64,000 bases of DNA from Octopus vulgaris (Eukaryota), in the NCBI GenBank assembly GCA_951406725.2, contig OX597814.1, positions 214,272,001 to 214,336,000 on the forward strand, given 5' to 3'. The notes below the pieces were generated by a model. It searched no databases, was not told where the DNA came from, and worked only from the letters and a program-made list of their open reading frames with translations. Made by a program: the position numbers and the translations under genes. Positions 1 through 12,021 of this stretch are shown here, piece by piece. Each line of letters starts with the position of its first letter. Position 1 is the stretch's first letter.

Positions 1-129
1 AGAAGGGCTCGATATGAATCACGACTATAAGATACCCGCTTTTGGTTACACTGCACTGCAAAATGTGGGAGTATTTAGGAATCTAAATCGTAAGAGACAG
101 ACACACAACTTCACTTTTATATATAAAGA
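1..129 (-). mobile_element. Non-autonomous Helitron, 5' portion (cut by window edge)
   Basis: Near-identical to 47327-47454; the minus strand begins A|TCTT (TC 5' terminus). Confidence 0.75.
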
Positions 130-304
130 TACTTCAAATCTGGTTATCTTTAATCATCTATCTTTAGTCTATCTGTTGCCTGATGATTGAGCCATTTACT
201 TGACTTATCAATATCAGAGATTAGTCATCAGTGGATAATCAGTTCTACTGACTTCTAAACAATACTTGTGGAATCCAATTCTTTGTCAATAAAAATATAT
301 AAAT

Positions 305-533
305 GCACCCTTTTAAAGCCTAGCCAGGCTCATGGGCCTGATTTCCCGGTTTCTATGGTGTATGAGTTCCCCAGCTGGACAGGACGCAGTCCATCGCAGC
401 ATTACTCATTTTTGCCAGCAGAGTGGACTGGAGCAACATGAAATGAAGTGTTTTGCTCAAGAACACAACGTGTCGCCCGGTCCGGGAATCGAAACCACAA
501 TCTTACGATCATGATGCTGACACCCTAACCACT
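305..533 (-). mobile_element. tRNA-derived SINE (family F)
   Basis: Minus strand has an A-box-like AGTGGTTAGGG and B-box GGTTTCGATTCCC; related heads at ~13825-13950 (+), ~24840-24942 (-) and ~55150-55255 (-). Confidence 0.7.
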
Positions 534-711
534 TCGAACACATTGCTACAAGCTAACATAGTAGTTCTATAGTGCAGCCACTGCTAAAATAGTGAGTTGT
601 CCTATACTACTATACCTACATTCAGCCAATAGGTTGATTCTTTAGAACGGTGTTTTTCAAGGTGGAGCACAAGTGAATAGAACTTACAATAAAGTTTTCA
701 TTAAACTTCTT

Positions 712-1165
712 ATTGCCATGACACTGCATCCTTTAACCCTTTAGCGTTCAGATTATTCCATCAAACATAATGCCTATTGATTCACATTGATTTGAGTTAA
801 TCATGCATTATCTCATATCTTCAAGAGCTTGATGGTGTAATTACTTAACGTAGAATAACACTGTAGGGTAGGTGTGAGAGCCTGGATCTGGTCAGTTTGA
901 ACATAAAACAGATTAACTATTTTGGCCGGATATGGCCGGTTTAAATACTAAAGTGTTAAGGCCCTCATGCTTTCCGAAATCCGCCGAAACTACACCTGAT
1001 TGTCCCATTCCATACTCATACACATATGTGTATGTCATGACTCATGCACTGTTCTTTTCCTGACGCTTGTACATTACCCTATGTACTATACATACACTTT
1101 AGATGGGTTGTAGTGCACCTGAGCACTGTACACAATGTTTTATTATTATTATTATTATTATTATA
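712..1165 (+). mobile_element. CR1-like LINE 3' end interrupted by a MITE
   Basis: Flanks match 33587-33735 (tgccatgacactgcatcctttaa|ggccctcatgctttccg...gcacctgagcactgtacacaa) and end in an (ATT)n tail. Confidence 0.75.
737..955. mobile_element. piggyBac-type MITE (family 1)
   Basis: TTAA duplicated at 733-736 and 956-959; ends CCCTTTAG...CTAAAGTG; the uninterrupted CR1 site is seen at ~33605. Confidence 0.8.
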
Positions 1166-1467
1166 AATATTTGTGCGTGTGTGCGTGCGTGTGTGTGTGT
1201 GTGTGTGTGTGTGCATTATATAATAACTTTGTATGCTCCTGGTAGAGTGTACATTTTTAAGAGAAAATCAAAGTGGGACATGGAACAAAAACAGTTGTGA
1301 ACACTGGTGACTCCAGTGGTGTGGAAATGCTGTCAGCATCATCATTTATGGTTTACATTTGAATACTGAACTGAGTGACTTTGTCCATTAACAATCACCA
1401 CATAATTAGACTCTTTTATATCTAGAGTAAGAATCAGAACAGATATATCAGGACTGCTAACCAGATA

Positions 1468-1710
1468 TATATTTCTTTACTGCTCACAAGGGGCTAAACA
1501 CAGAGGGGACAAACAAGGACAGACGAAGGGATTGAGTCGATTATATCGCCCCCAGTGCGGAACTGGTACTTTATTTATCGACCCCGAAAGGATGAAAGGC
1601 AAAGTTGACCTCGGCGGAATTTGAACTCAGAACGTAACGACAGACGAAATACCGCTCAGCATTTCGCCCGGCATGCTAACATTTCTGCCAGCGCACTAAC
1701 GTTTCTGCCG
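1468..1710 (-). mobile_element. SINE family B (Meta-domain-like core)
   Basis: Contains the reverse complement of gagttcaaattccgccgaggtcaactttgcctttcatcctttcggggtcgataaa; many copies in the window. Confidence 0.8.
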
Positions 1711-2044
1711 GATATAGACTAGCAACCTCTTCACTGGTTGTCCAATCACATTGTACATGCACTGTATCATGCTAGCAAAGTACCAGTTGAAATTTTAAAA
1801 ATATTTTAATTTAAAAAAAGTAGTAGTTACACACACACACACACACACACACATACATGTATATACGACAGGCTTCTTTTAGTTTCTATCTACCAAATCC
1901 ACTCACAAGTCTTTGGGTAGCCCGAAACTATAGTAGAAGACACTACTTTCTTAAGATACCATGCAGTGGGACTGAACCTGGGAACTTGTGGTTGGGATAT
2001 ATATTTGCAGACTAGTCATAAAGACCTGAAGATTTATCTCATCA

Positions 2045-2460
2045 TTGCTGCAGTGGAATCTGTACAGGTTTGAGACTTGGACACTGATCAAGAAACTCAG
2101 TCAGATGGTGGATGGGTGCTACAAGAGAATGTTGAGGATGGCTCTGAACATTAATCAGTATAGACTGAGGATGAAGAACTCAGAGTTATACAAGAGCCTC
2201 CCAATAGTTAGCTCAAAAATAACACAGAGGAAACTGAGTTCAGCTGGACATGCTCACCGTCATTCAGAGTTGATACTGCACTCAGTGCTCATGTAGGAGC
2301 CCCTACACAGACACACTGGAAGAGGGAGACTGAGGATGACATAGACATAGGTTGATGCCCTAAGGACAGACACTGGTTTCTGGGAGACACAGGACATGGC
2401 AGCAATGATGAGGGACAAAGAATGCTGGAGAGAACTCGTCCATGGATCTTGGGAATTTTA
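2045..2460 (+). mobile_element. Decayed RTE-like LINE ORF2 C-terminal fragment
   Basis: LYRFETWTL...VDGCYKRMLRMALNI...AGHAHRH resembles the RTE post-RT region; contains stops and frameshifts. Confidence 0.6.
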
Positions 2461-2694
2461 CCCAACCTAGATAGATACAAGTTGAGCACTGGGGTTAATG
2501 TAATCGACTTATGCCCTCCCCTGAAATAGCTGGCCATATGCCGAAATTTGAAACCAATATTTCCCCCAAGACCAGACATGTTATCACAGAAGATTGGAAA
2601 TGAAGAACACTGCTTGTATGACAGGGACACTCGTTTATAGCTATCATGAGATGTCAAAGGAGAGAGTAACACACACAAATATATACATATAGCA

Positions 2695-3070
2695 GGAGAG
2701 GTTGTGTGGTAAGAAGTTTGCTTCCCAGCCACATGGTTCTGGATTCAGTCCCACTGTGTGGCACCTTGAGCAAGTATCTCAGACTGACCAAAGCCTTGTG
2801 AGCAGATTTGGCAGATGGAAACTGAAAGAAGCCTGTTGTATATATATCTACGTGTGTGTGTGTGTCCATGTTTGTCCCCCACCATTACCAATTGATAACC
2901 GGTGTTGGTGCGTTTACATCCCTGTAACTTAGCAGTTCAGCAAAAGAAACCGATAGAATAAGTACCAGGCTTTAAAAAATATAAGTACTGAGATCGATTC
3001 AGTCAACTAACAATTCAAGGCAGTGCCCCAGCATGGCTGCAGTCTAATGACTGAAACAGGAAAAAGATAA
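2695..3070 (+). mobile_element. SINE family A (tRNA head, CORE-like ggcaccttgggcaagtgtctt)
   Basis: Similar to 7445-7830 and 20370-20765, with partial copies at ~1860-1998, 17620-17880, 19385-19535, 26676-26830, 39880-40015 and 52810-53040. Confidence 0.75.
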
Positions 3071-3156
3071 AAGATATACACACACACAATGGGCTTCTTT
3101 CAGTTTCCATCTAACAAATCCATAAGAATGTCTATAAAGACAAAACAATATCATAC

Positions 3157-3312
3157 CTGAGTGGCTGATTCCAATGTTGTATGTAGTGTTTAAACTTCCC
3201 CACCATGATATCGGTGCTGCTGTTGTATCAGCAAGAGTGGTAAAAATCCTCAGAGCAAGAGCAGCAGAAATATTGTACACAAGCAAAGACTTATTGCCAC
3301 TTTCATTCAAAT
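3157..3312 (-). CDS. NAALADL2: NAALADL2-like (M28B family) coding exon 5; gene continues beyond the left edge
   Basis: ttttcAG acceptor and G|GTATGA donor, phase 1-1. Encodes DLNESGNKSLLVYNISAALALRIFTTLADTTAAPISWWGSLNTTYNIGISHS, matching the GCPII ...SWRGSLKVPYNVG segment. Confidence 0.85.
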
Positions 3313-3388
3313 CTGAAAAATTAAATTCATCTGAAATACAAAAATATAAACTTTAAAAGATAGTGAAGCATTGATGCACACACAAAAT

Positions 3389-3790
3389 ATAATAATAATA
3401 ATAATAATAATAATAGTGAAATTATTGTATACAGTGCTCAGGTGCACCACAACTTGTCAGAAAGTGCATATAAAGTACATGCAGTAATGTACAAATGTCT
3501 GGAAAGTGAACAGTGTACGAGTCAGATACATGCTTGCTTGTGTGTATGGAGGGGAGGAAATCAGGTGTAGTGTTGGCGAATCTCAGGAAGCATGGAAGTT
3601 TTGAAGGATGCAGTGTTCCGACAACTAACAACTGATGCCAGGAGTTTGTTCCATGCTTCAGCAACTCTCAGCGTGAAAAAATGTTTCCTGAAGTCATGGG
3701 AGCTGTGCTGTTTTCTGACTTTGTAAATATGTCCACGGGTTTTAGACAGGTGGAGTTTGAAAAGGTGCTCAGAGTTGTTGTTTGGAAGGG
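3389..3790 (-). mobile_element. CR1-like LINE 3' end
   Basis: Reverse complement of the family at 33290-33735, with an (AAT)n tail at 3389-3415. Confidence 0.8.
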
Positions 3791-3866
3791 TGTTCTGGCA
3801 AAATTTTTCTCAGGAACAGCTTGATATATTGGTGAACAATCAACAGTATTTGAAAGCATAACTGTC

Positions 3867-4105
3867 GGCATCAGTTGTTAGTTGTCGGAGCACTGCATCC
3901 TTCAAAACTTCCATGCTTTCTGAGATTCGCCAACACTACACCTGATCTTCTCCCCTCCATACACACGTAAGCATGTATCTGACTCATGCATTGTTCACTT
4001 TCCAGACATTTGTACATTATTGTATATGCTTTATACGCACTTTTGACAAGTTGTGGTGCACCTGAGCACTATACAATAATTTCATTATTATTATTATTAT
4101 TATTA
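3867..4105 (+). mobile_element. CR1-like LINE 3' end (inverted relative to 3389-3790)
   Basis: gcatcagttgttagttgtcgg...gcacctgagcactatacaataatttc followed by (att)n. Confidence 0.8.
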
Positions 4106-4399
4106 TAAAGATTAATGTTGAAGTCGAGAAAAAGTTAGCTAACAGGGAGGACTGGAAGCCATCTGGATATTGAAAAAGAGTAAACTGTATCAAGATGATT
4201 CACACCAGATATCAAAATACTGACATTATGACTGCTGTTCAATGTTCTGTGAACACTGTAAAGGCTGTATGTCAGCCGCAATAGAGGATATGAAGCTGTA
4301 GCCAACAGGAAGAGACACAGCAGGTATTCTGACTGTGTCTGCGCACCAGGATTCATCCCCACATCTTTGAACAAAACTTTAGGCTCAATTCAGAGTTAT

Positions 4400-4864
4400 G
4401 TGAAGGTGCTGTAGGCTACAGTCAAACCCTAGCTGGAGAGGGTTGCTGTTGGAAGGCCATATGTGTGGAAACAGAATTCAACTCCTTGCTATACTTCCAG
4501 AAAGAGTCAAAAATAGCTCTCAGAGAATTTCTCTGACTTCACCAAACCCAATTTCTGACTTCCTAATTCTCCCGATTGTAATCCTATACATTACTATGTG
4601 TGGGATGTGGTTGAGAAGACACCAACTGCTCTGCCTGCAACACCAAAGCTTCCCAGGGATCCAGTGAGAAGCAGATGCACCAGGTTCCAGAACCATCTTG
4701 AGGCCGTGGTGGAAGCTGAAGGTGGCTACTTTGAGTAAACTATTACCTCCCATCCATAATCTAGATAATATATTTTGCTCTTTTAAAATACTTTTATTTT
4801 TGGATGGGATATTGTGCTTTCTTTTCCTTTTATGCAAACTGTCAAACTTAGCCCAAACACCCTG
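4400..4864 (+). mobile_element. Tc1/mariner-superfamily transposase relic with right TIR
   Basis: 4550-4618 translates NF*LPNSPDCNPIHYYVWDVVEK (WPPxSPDxNPxDYxVW motif); the end gcccaaacaccctg is the complement of a CAGGGTG terminus. Confidence 0.65.
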
Positions 4865-7444
4865 CATATATAAATTAGAATTTATATCACTGATAAATAT
4901 TCAAATAATGAAAAAGGAACATAATAAAGTATTAGTAGCTTCATACTGAGGAGATGCAACTGAATTAAAATAAGTAGCTATTATATGATAAAATTTGGTA
5001 CTTTTACTGCAGAAAGCAGAAATAGCTACTCAAAGTTTCATTACCTTTAACTGCAGAAAGCAATTTATAATAATAATAATGAAATTATTGTGTACAGTAC
5101 TCAGGTGAACCACATCTTGTCAGAAAGTGTGTATTTATCTTTTGTTGAGAAATGTCTTTTTTGAAACTATTTTTTATTGAGATATGTTAAGTTTATTGAG
5201 ACAATGTGACTTGGAGAAAATAACAATTCTATTTTTTGGTTGAAATAATTAACATCATTATTGGAATAACCATGAAATTTAATTTTGCAGCTAAAGGGCT
5301 AAGTATGTTATAACTGGAAAAAAAAAAAAGAAATTTGAATTAAATGCATAAAGGTTATGATATACAGAGATGTACTTGCATAGCGAGTGACTTGATCTGA
5401 GATTGTGTGCTGGAGCGAAAACAATTGCAGCGTGGAAGGTGTTTATAAGCCATTTAAGAAACACACAAAAACCGTTAGATTCACTTCAACATTTAAGTTT
5501 AATTTAAATGTTGAAGTGAATCTAACACTGCAATTGGTTATGATATAATTCATTCTTTTAAGCTTATATTTACTTCATAAATATAAACTTGTGACAAGAC
5601 AATTCTCTTACTAGAGGGGGCTCTCTCTATGCAAGGTCTTTCAGGAAAGTGAAATAAAAAAAATGATTTATTCAAAGGTCAAAAATGAGCACTTAATAGT
5701 GCAAGGGTGACAAGTTAGAGTTAAGGAACAAAGATTTATGTCACATGGTTAAAGAAAAGATGATTGTAGGTCCATCAGACTTGCACAAAATTTTAAGTTA
5801 TGTAGCCCAGTTTGTTTGTGTAATGGTTTCTGTCAAATATATTTCAGTACTCGGGTGTAGCTGATAAACACCACCCAATCACAATATATCTACACACACA
5901 CACATATATAGTGCATGTTCGTGTATTGATGAATTTCTTAACAGCTGTCAAATTAACACCAGTATGCATATGTATATACGCAACTGTAAATTTAGATGCA
6001 TTTTCTATTTATATTTAACCATGAACTGGGTTTTTTTTCATTGTGGCAATGGTAGTAATTTTAAGATCTTCCCAGTGTTACAAATTTACACTTTTTATAT
6101 TTTTAAGGCTTCGTCAGAAGATGGAGGGCAGTACCTGTAAACTTTTTATTAGACTTCTAAGGATGGTATGAGAAAAAGAGGAAAAAACAGCTCATTGGAT
6201 ATCCTCAAAATGAGACCTAGTCTGAATGCTTGAAGAAAATGGACTCTACACAGATGGTATAACACACTCACTTGATGAAATATCTCAAACACTTTCTTGA
6301 GTGTGTCTTTCATGCCTTCATAAGAACATGTGCTATGTGCTAGTTTTCCATTTTCTTCCTTTACGGTGCTGATGCCACATCAAAAGAACTCAGTTCACTC
6401 TGCTGGGTGGTTGGTGTTAGGAAGGACATCCAGCTGTAAAAACCCTGCTCAAACAGACACAGAAGTCTGGTGCAGGTTCCTGCCTAGTTGTCTCTTGTCA
6501 AACCATCCAACCCATGCCAGCATGGAAGCCAAACCTTAAACAATGATAATGATGATGAAACACTAAAAATACTTGGATAAAGCGATTTGAAATTATTATA
6601 GTTTTTGATGAAGAAATTCATACCAAATGAGAAAATCATTCAAACCTGTACCTGAAATTCTCATATTCTCATCATAAAGGTAAATTTTGCCAAGTTTATG
6701 TGTAATAGTCTGACTCCAGAGTCTTTATGAATATCAAAGGATGCTAGGTTGCATAAACATTCACATATGTTGAGAGGCAATGATACGAACACTGCAAGTC
6801 CATGTTGTGTTCTTGGCAAATCTGTGTAAACTAGCCAAATTTTTACATCTTCCTCCCATTCTGTTAATGATTAGACAAAATCAGTAGTTGTTCACCGAAA
6901 TTCTCCATTGAATCCAAATGTACAAGCTGTACTAGAAATAATATTTCTTGTTGTAGGTGCGGGCATGGCATAGGCGCAAGCATGGCTGTGTGGTTAGGGA
7001 GCTTGCTTCCTAGCTACATGGTTTCAGGTTCAGTCCCACCGTGTGGCACTTTGGGAAAGTGTCTTCTGTTATAGCCCCGGGACGACCAAAGCTTTGTGAT
7101 TGAATTTGGTAGGCGGAAATAACTGCCGTCTGTGTATATGTGTGTGTGTAGGTGCTTGTGCCTCTCCGAAAGAGATAGAGGGTTATACGAGAACCAGTGG
7201 CAATTGCTACCACTGTGAAGGCTCATCACATTATATACACTGCTTTGTCATCATAAACACAGTAATGTTTACAGTGGCCATTTCTATATATAACTAAATG
7301 CGTTTATTATGGGGGTGGGGTCCAAAAACAAAAGATAAACAAATGAGCAATAAATGAATCGTATCCATATACTTTGTAAATGGAACAAATGATAACTTCA
7401 TTGACACTAAATTCACAGTCCTAAGAAGGGAAGCTTCCACTGTC

Positions 7445-7830
7445 GTGTGGTAAGTACCTTGTTTACCAACCACATGGTTCCGGGTTCAGTCCCACTGCGT
7501 GGCACCTTGGGTAAGTGTCTTCTACTATAGCCTCGGGCCGACCAAAGCCTTGTGAGTGGATTTGGTAGACGGAAACTGAAAGAAGTTCATCGTATATATG
7601 TATATATATATATGCGTGTGTGTCTTTGTCCCCCTAGCATTACTTGACAACCGATGCTGGTGTGCTTATGTCCCCGTTACTTAACGGTTCGGCAAAAGAG
7701 ACCGATAGAATAAGTACTGGGCTTACAAAAGAATAAGTCCCGGGGTCGAGTTGCTCGATTAAAGGCGGTGCTCCAGCATGGCCGCAGTCAAATGACTGAA
7801 ACAAGTAAAAGAGTAAAAGAGAGTAAAGAG
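7445..7830 (+). mobile_element. SINE family A, near full length
   Basis: Head gtgtggtaag...ggttccgggttcagtccc, internal (TA)(TG) tract, tail (gagtaaaa)n. Confidence 0.8.
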
Positions 7831-7850
7831 TTACTAGTTGAGAATACACT

Positions 7851-8253
7851 TGTAGCGAGGCACAAAGAAACCAGCGCCATTCTGAAACAGCAAGATCCCG
7901 CCTGCAACCATTGCCATACGTGAGACAAAAACAAGATCTCGCCTGCAATCATTATTTAAGGAAAAGACAACATTTTCTCTCTCGTTCTTCTCACGCTGAT
8001 GCTGAGAAGATACTTTGAAGCCAGGAGCTCACAGTGGACTTTCGTCGCGCTGTGATACCACATGCATTGTCTCCAGAGGTTATTGAACCTCACGTGTATG
8101 GGAGAGAAGGCTAACTACACACTGCTGTGAAGATGGTTACTGGAAGCAAACCCCTTGTATGAAGCATCTGTGAATAAATGGTTATTGAATTTGCTCCGCC
8201 TGAGAACTTCATTCTTTGTATTTCCAGCTTCTTGAATCAACAGAATAACTACA
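7851..8253 (+). mobile_element. Possible solo LTR
   Basis: TGTAG...CTACA inverted termini and internal AATAAA at ~8173; adjacent to a Gypsy-like fragment; no clear TSD. Confidence 0.35.
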
Positions 8254-8499
8254 ATAGAAGAAGAAGATACCCCAAAAGTATCATAAAAACCTTCCTTCCA
8301 TTATATACTCATCTACATCATTTGTTAGTATCAAGCACCTGTGGGATGACGTCAGCAGCTGGGTGCGTTGACCGGAAGCTGGGGCAACCGGAAGGCGTGC
8401 GCAGGCGGTGGTGAATTTGGCCTTTCCAACGTGGGTCGTCGAGATGTCAAGAAGTGGGAAGACGTCGCCAAGGTTTGGGTGAGCAGCTGCTATCTTTAG

Positions 8500-8655
8500 T
8501 GTTCGGGTCGGGGCTGTGCCGCAGAGAGCTGTGTTCAAATATGAGTGGAGGCACCCGAGCAAAGCGCCGGAGGGTCTCGAGGAAGAGAAGGGACCCGTTC
8601 GCGTGAAAATAGGGGAGGAAGTCTGGGTCAAGCCACCAAAGGCGCGCTGTATGTC
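8500..8655 (+). mobile_element. Gypsy-like integrase C-terminal fragment
   Basis: PQRAVFKYEWRHP...IGEEVWVKPPKARC in a GC-rich island. Confidence 0.5.
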
Positions 8656-8964
8656 CGAATCGCGCACACACACCTTTGTATTTTTCCTGTTCATCGGTTC
8701 TATGTTGATGAATGAGTAATAAATCTGTAGAAAAAAATAGCCACAGCACAGTCATGTAAGCACAAACAATATTCAGAGTGCATTTTGGGAAGGTGGGCAT
8801 TGTAGGTGAGTACGAAGAAGGGATGTGCTTTTGTAGTTTCAAGCAAAATTTTTGACTGATTGTCCTTTGTTATTACAGATCAATTTGCGAAATGCATAAC
8901 ATGGTTTACAACTGAATGCACCATGCAATTCTGAATCAGTGATAAATGAGGTTGCATGTGTATA

Positions 8965-9567
8965 TTTCTTTACTACCCACAAGGGGCTAAACACAGAGGG
9001 GACAAACAAGGACAGACAAATGGATTAAGTCGATTACATCGACCCCAGTGCATAACTGGTACTTAATTTATCGACCCCGAAAGGATGAAAGGCAAAGTCG
9101 ACCTCGGCGGAATTTGAACTCAGAACATAACGGCAGACGAAATACCTATTTCTTTACTGCCCACAAGGGGCTAAACACAGAGGGGATAAACAAGGACAGA
9201 CAAAGGGATTAAGTCGATTACATCGACCCCAGTGCATAACTGGTACTTAATTTATCGACCCTGAAAGGATGAAAGGCAAAGTCGACCTCGGCGGAATTTG
9301 AACTCAGAACATAATGGCAGACGAAATACCTATTTCTTTACTGCCCACAAGGGGCTAAACACAGAGGGGATAAACAAGGACAGACAAAGGGATTAAGTCG
9401 ATTACATCGACCCCCAGTGCATAACTGGTACTTAATTTATCGACCCCCGAAAGGATGAAAGGCAAAGTCGACCTCGGTGGAATTTGAACTCGGAACGTAA
9501 CGACAGACGAAATATGGCTACGCATTTCGCCCGGCGTGCTAACGTTTCTGCCAGCTCACCGCCTGAA
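8965..9567 (-). mobile_element. SINE family B tandem trimer
   Basis: Three ~182-bp units with a single head; flanked by a 17-bp TSD gagg(t/c)tgcatgtgtata (8948-8964, 9568-9584). Confidence 0.85.
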
Positions 9568-9893
9568 GAGGCTGCATGTGTATATGGTTCACTCACCTAT
9601 GCCAAGGACAACAACTTGTGTTGGCCTTGCAGATACATACAACAAGGAAGCTAATCCAGTAATTTAATAACAGTACTGTCTTGCACATAACGTATTTTGT
9701 TTCTTTTCTCTAGTTCATAGCAGGAGTGGCATTACCTTTCATCCTCCATGGATAAAAAAAATAAGTACTCTAAATATAGTCAATATATTCCCTCCAAAAA
9801 TTGTTTTTGTGCTTACATAAGGCATAAATATCTGAAAATTTATAAAACATATAAAATTTTTTATTAGGGCCATAAAAAACAAAATTTTATTAC

Positions 9894-10026
9894 CTGATGA
9901 GATATATGAAATAGCATAGCTGTCAGATTTTGGATAGTTTTCAGCAAGCCAACGTGCCTCAGTGTTACTTTCTGGGTCAGTGTATAACAGAACTCCGCGT
10001 AGTCCAGCCATTTGAGCATTATATAT
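9894..10026 (-). CDS. NAALADL2: NAALADL2-like coding exon 4 (PA/apical domain)
   Basis: tatAG acceptor and G|GTAATA donor, phase 0-1. IYNAQMAGLRGVLLYTDPE... matches GCPII VKNAQLAGAKGVILYSDP. Confidence 0.88.
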
Positions 10027-10349
10027 CTATAATACAAAAAACAAACCTTCCGTTATTATTCTTTATCATATAGACGACTAATAACAATTAGAGTTTCACA
10101 GTCAATATGACTTAAAATTGTGATTTCCAACTCCACTGAAAATCACTAAGCATTTATGAAACCATCTTTATTTCACTTAAAGGGGCCAAATCTAAAATGG
10201 ACAATCGCTACTTTATTTTTATATATATAGATTTCAAACAAAGTGAGTTGGCAGGGTCATTAGAATTTTGCTTTAGAATGCCTTGTGATCTGATTCACTG
10301 CATTCTGAGTTCAAATCCTGCTAAGTTTGACTTTGCTTTTCGTCCTAAC

Positions 10350-10800
10350 ATCATCATCATCATCATCGTTTAACGTCCGTTCTCCATGCTAGCATGGGTT
10401 GGACGGTTCGACCGGGGATCTGGGAAGCCAGAAGGCTGCACCAGGGTCCAGTCTTATCTGGCAATGTTTCTACGGCTGGATGCCCTTCCTAACGCCAACC
10501 ACTCCGTGAGTGTAGTGGGTGCTTTTTACGTGCCACCTGCAGTGGTGCCAGGCAAGGCTGGCATCGGCCACGGTCGGATTGGTGCATTTTACGTGCCACC
10601 GGCACGGAAGCCAGTCGAGGCGGCACTGGCTTCGGCCACGATTCGGATGGTGCTTTTTACGTGCCACCGGCACGGAAGCCAGTCGAGGCGGCACTGGCAT
10701 TGGCCATGATTCGGATAGTGCTTTTTACGTACCACCAGTCCAGGGGTCCTGGCATCTGCCGGGTGCCAGTCATAGGATTGGTTCAATTTCCATTCCGATT
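10350..10800 (-). mobile_element. RTE 3'UTR-derived element (family C)
   Basis: Reverse complement of the RTE tail at 16140-16330 (ggcgttaggaagggcatccagc...(GAT)n), with ~59-bp internal repeats. Confidence 0.8.
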
Positions 10801-11030
10801 TCAATGATAAATAACATAAAAGCGCAATTCTGGAAGCAATTCTTTTTTTCTTTCTTAGTTTATATGTTCCCTTCATCTCTTTCTCTTGGAATCAGTTATT
10901 TTTATGTTATGAGAAAGGTTATGGAAAAACCATTCTCAGCATCTCTTTCTTCAGGTATTGGAGAATGATTAAGCAAGGGATAGCAACTTCTCATCTCTAT
11001 ATTCTATATTTGCATCTAACACATAGCATA

Positions 11031-11387
11031 TACCATATGTTCAGGCATATAAGGTACACCCCAATTTTGGCAGGCTTAATCTGCAAGAAAGAAACTGCAG
11101 CAAACACTGAATCCCCAAGTTGAATATCTCACACATCTTCACTTTTAGAAACCATGAAAATTTTGACTGATGTTCTTTGGTAAGATGTTATGGTAGGCTA
11201 AGTAACAATACTTACGTTAACACTACCAAATATCACTATTGATTTCCACTGACACCAGTTTTATCCATCATTAATAACACTAACCAAGCCTACCCAAAAC
11301 CTGACCTTTAGCATATAAGGCACAGGGGAAATTTGGGGGTGGAATTTTTAGGAAAAAAAGTGTGCCTTATATGCCAGGAAATATGTG
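11031..11387. mobile_element. Tigger/pogo-like MITE
   Basis: Imperfect TIRs taccatatgttcaggcatataaggtacac / gtgtgccttatatgccaggaaatatg. Confidence 0.55.
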
Positions 11388-11394
11388 ACATACG

Positions 11395-11439
<45 letters not shown>

Positions 11440-11797
11440 CTCCAGGAAAGTTAGGGGTTGTGAGTCCAACCCGCTAAGGGGTAATATCTATCCAATATAC
11501 TGTTGGTAGAATACCCAATTATTAATACACAAGTCTTTTTTATTGCATTGCAATTAACTTCCCTAGTGTATTAAATGGGTGAAGGTAAAGAGATATTTTA
11601 CCATTAATTTATATTGCAAATAAGAAAATGGAGGAGAACAATAGTTGGTTCATCAACTTTAGGACATTAAAAATGTTAACTTATTTATTTATTAAACTGA
11701 TAATTATAATAACATACATACATATAGCATATTATTCTATGCATATAAAATAAGGATACAAGTAATTATTAAAAAAACATGAATATAAATTATTAAA

Positions 11798-11926
11798 ATA
11801 ACTTACAGCTGTTTCAGCCCATAGATAAAAGCATTTAATTCTGCCTATATTAGTCAAGTGTATTGAGGTAATAGGCAGTTGAAAATGAGGTACTTGTATA
11901 TATCTCTAGGCTTCGTCAGAGATTAT
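11798..11926 (-). ncRNA. Type I hammerhead ribozyme motif with long stem II
   Basis: Minus strand reads ATAATCT CTGACGA AGCCTA-G-AGATA...TATCT-A-TGGGCT GAAAC AGCT GTA AGTTAT: intact core, GUA cleavage triplet, palindromic stem III ACAGCTGT. Confidence 0.75.
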
Positions 11927-11974
11927 AAAGTACAATCATAATAAATATAAATATAAAACAAAATACACACACAT

Positions 11975-12021
<47 letters not shown>

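Noticed and set aside
9597-9710. Strong minus-strand donor G|GTGAGT at 9596, suggesting an extra NAALADL2-like exon
   Set aside because: No good acceptor giving a phase-compatible, family-like peptide; exons 4 and 5 already join in phase.
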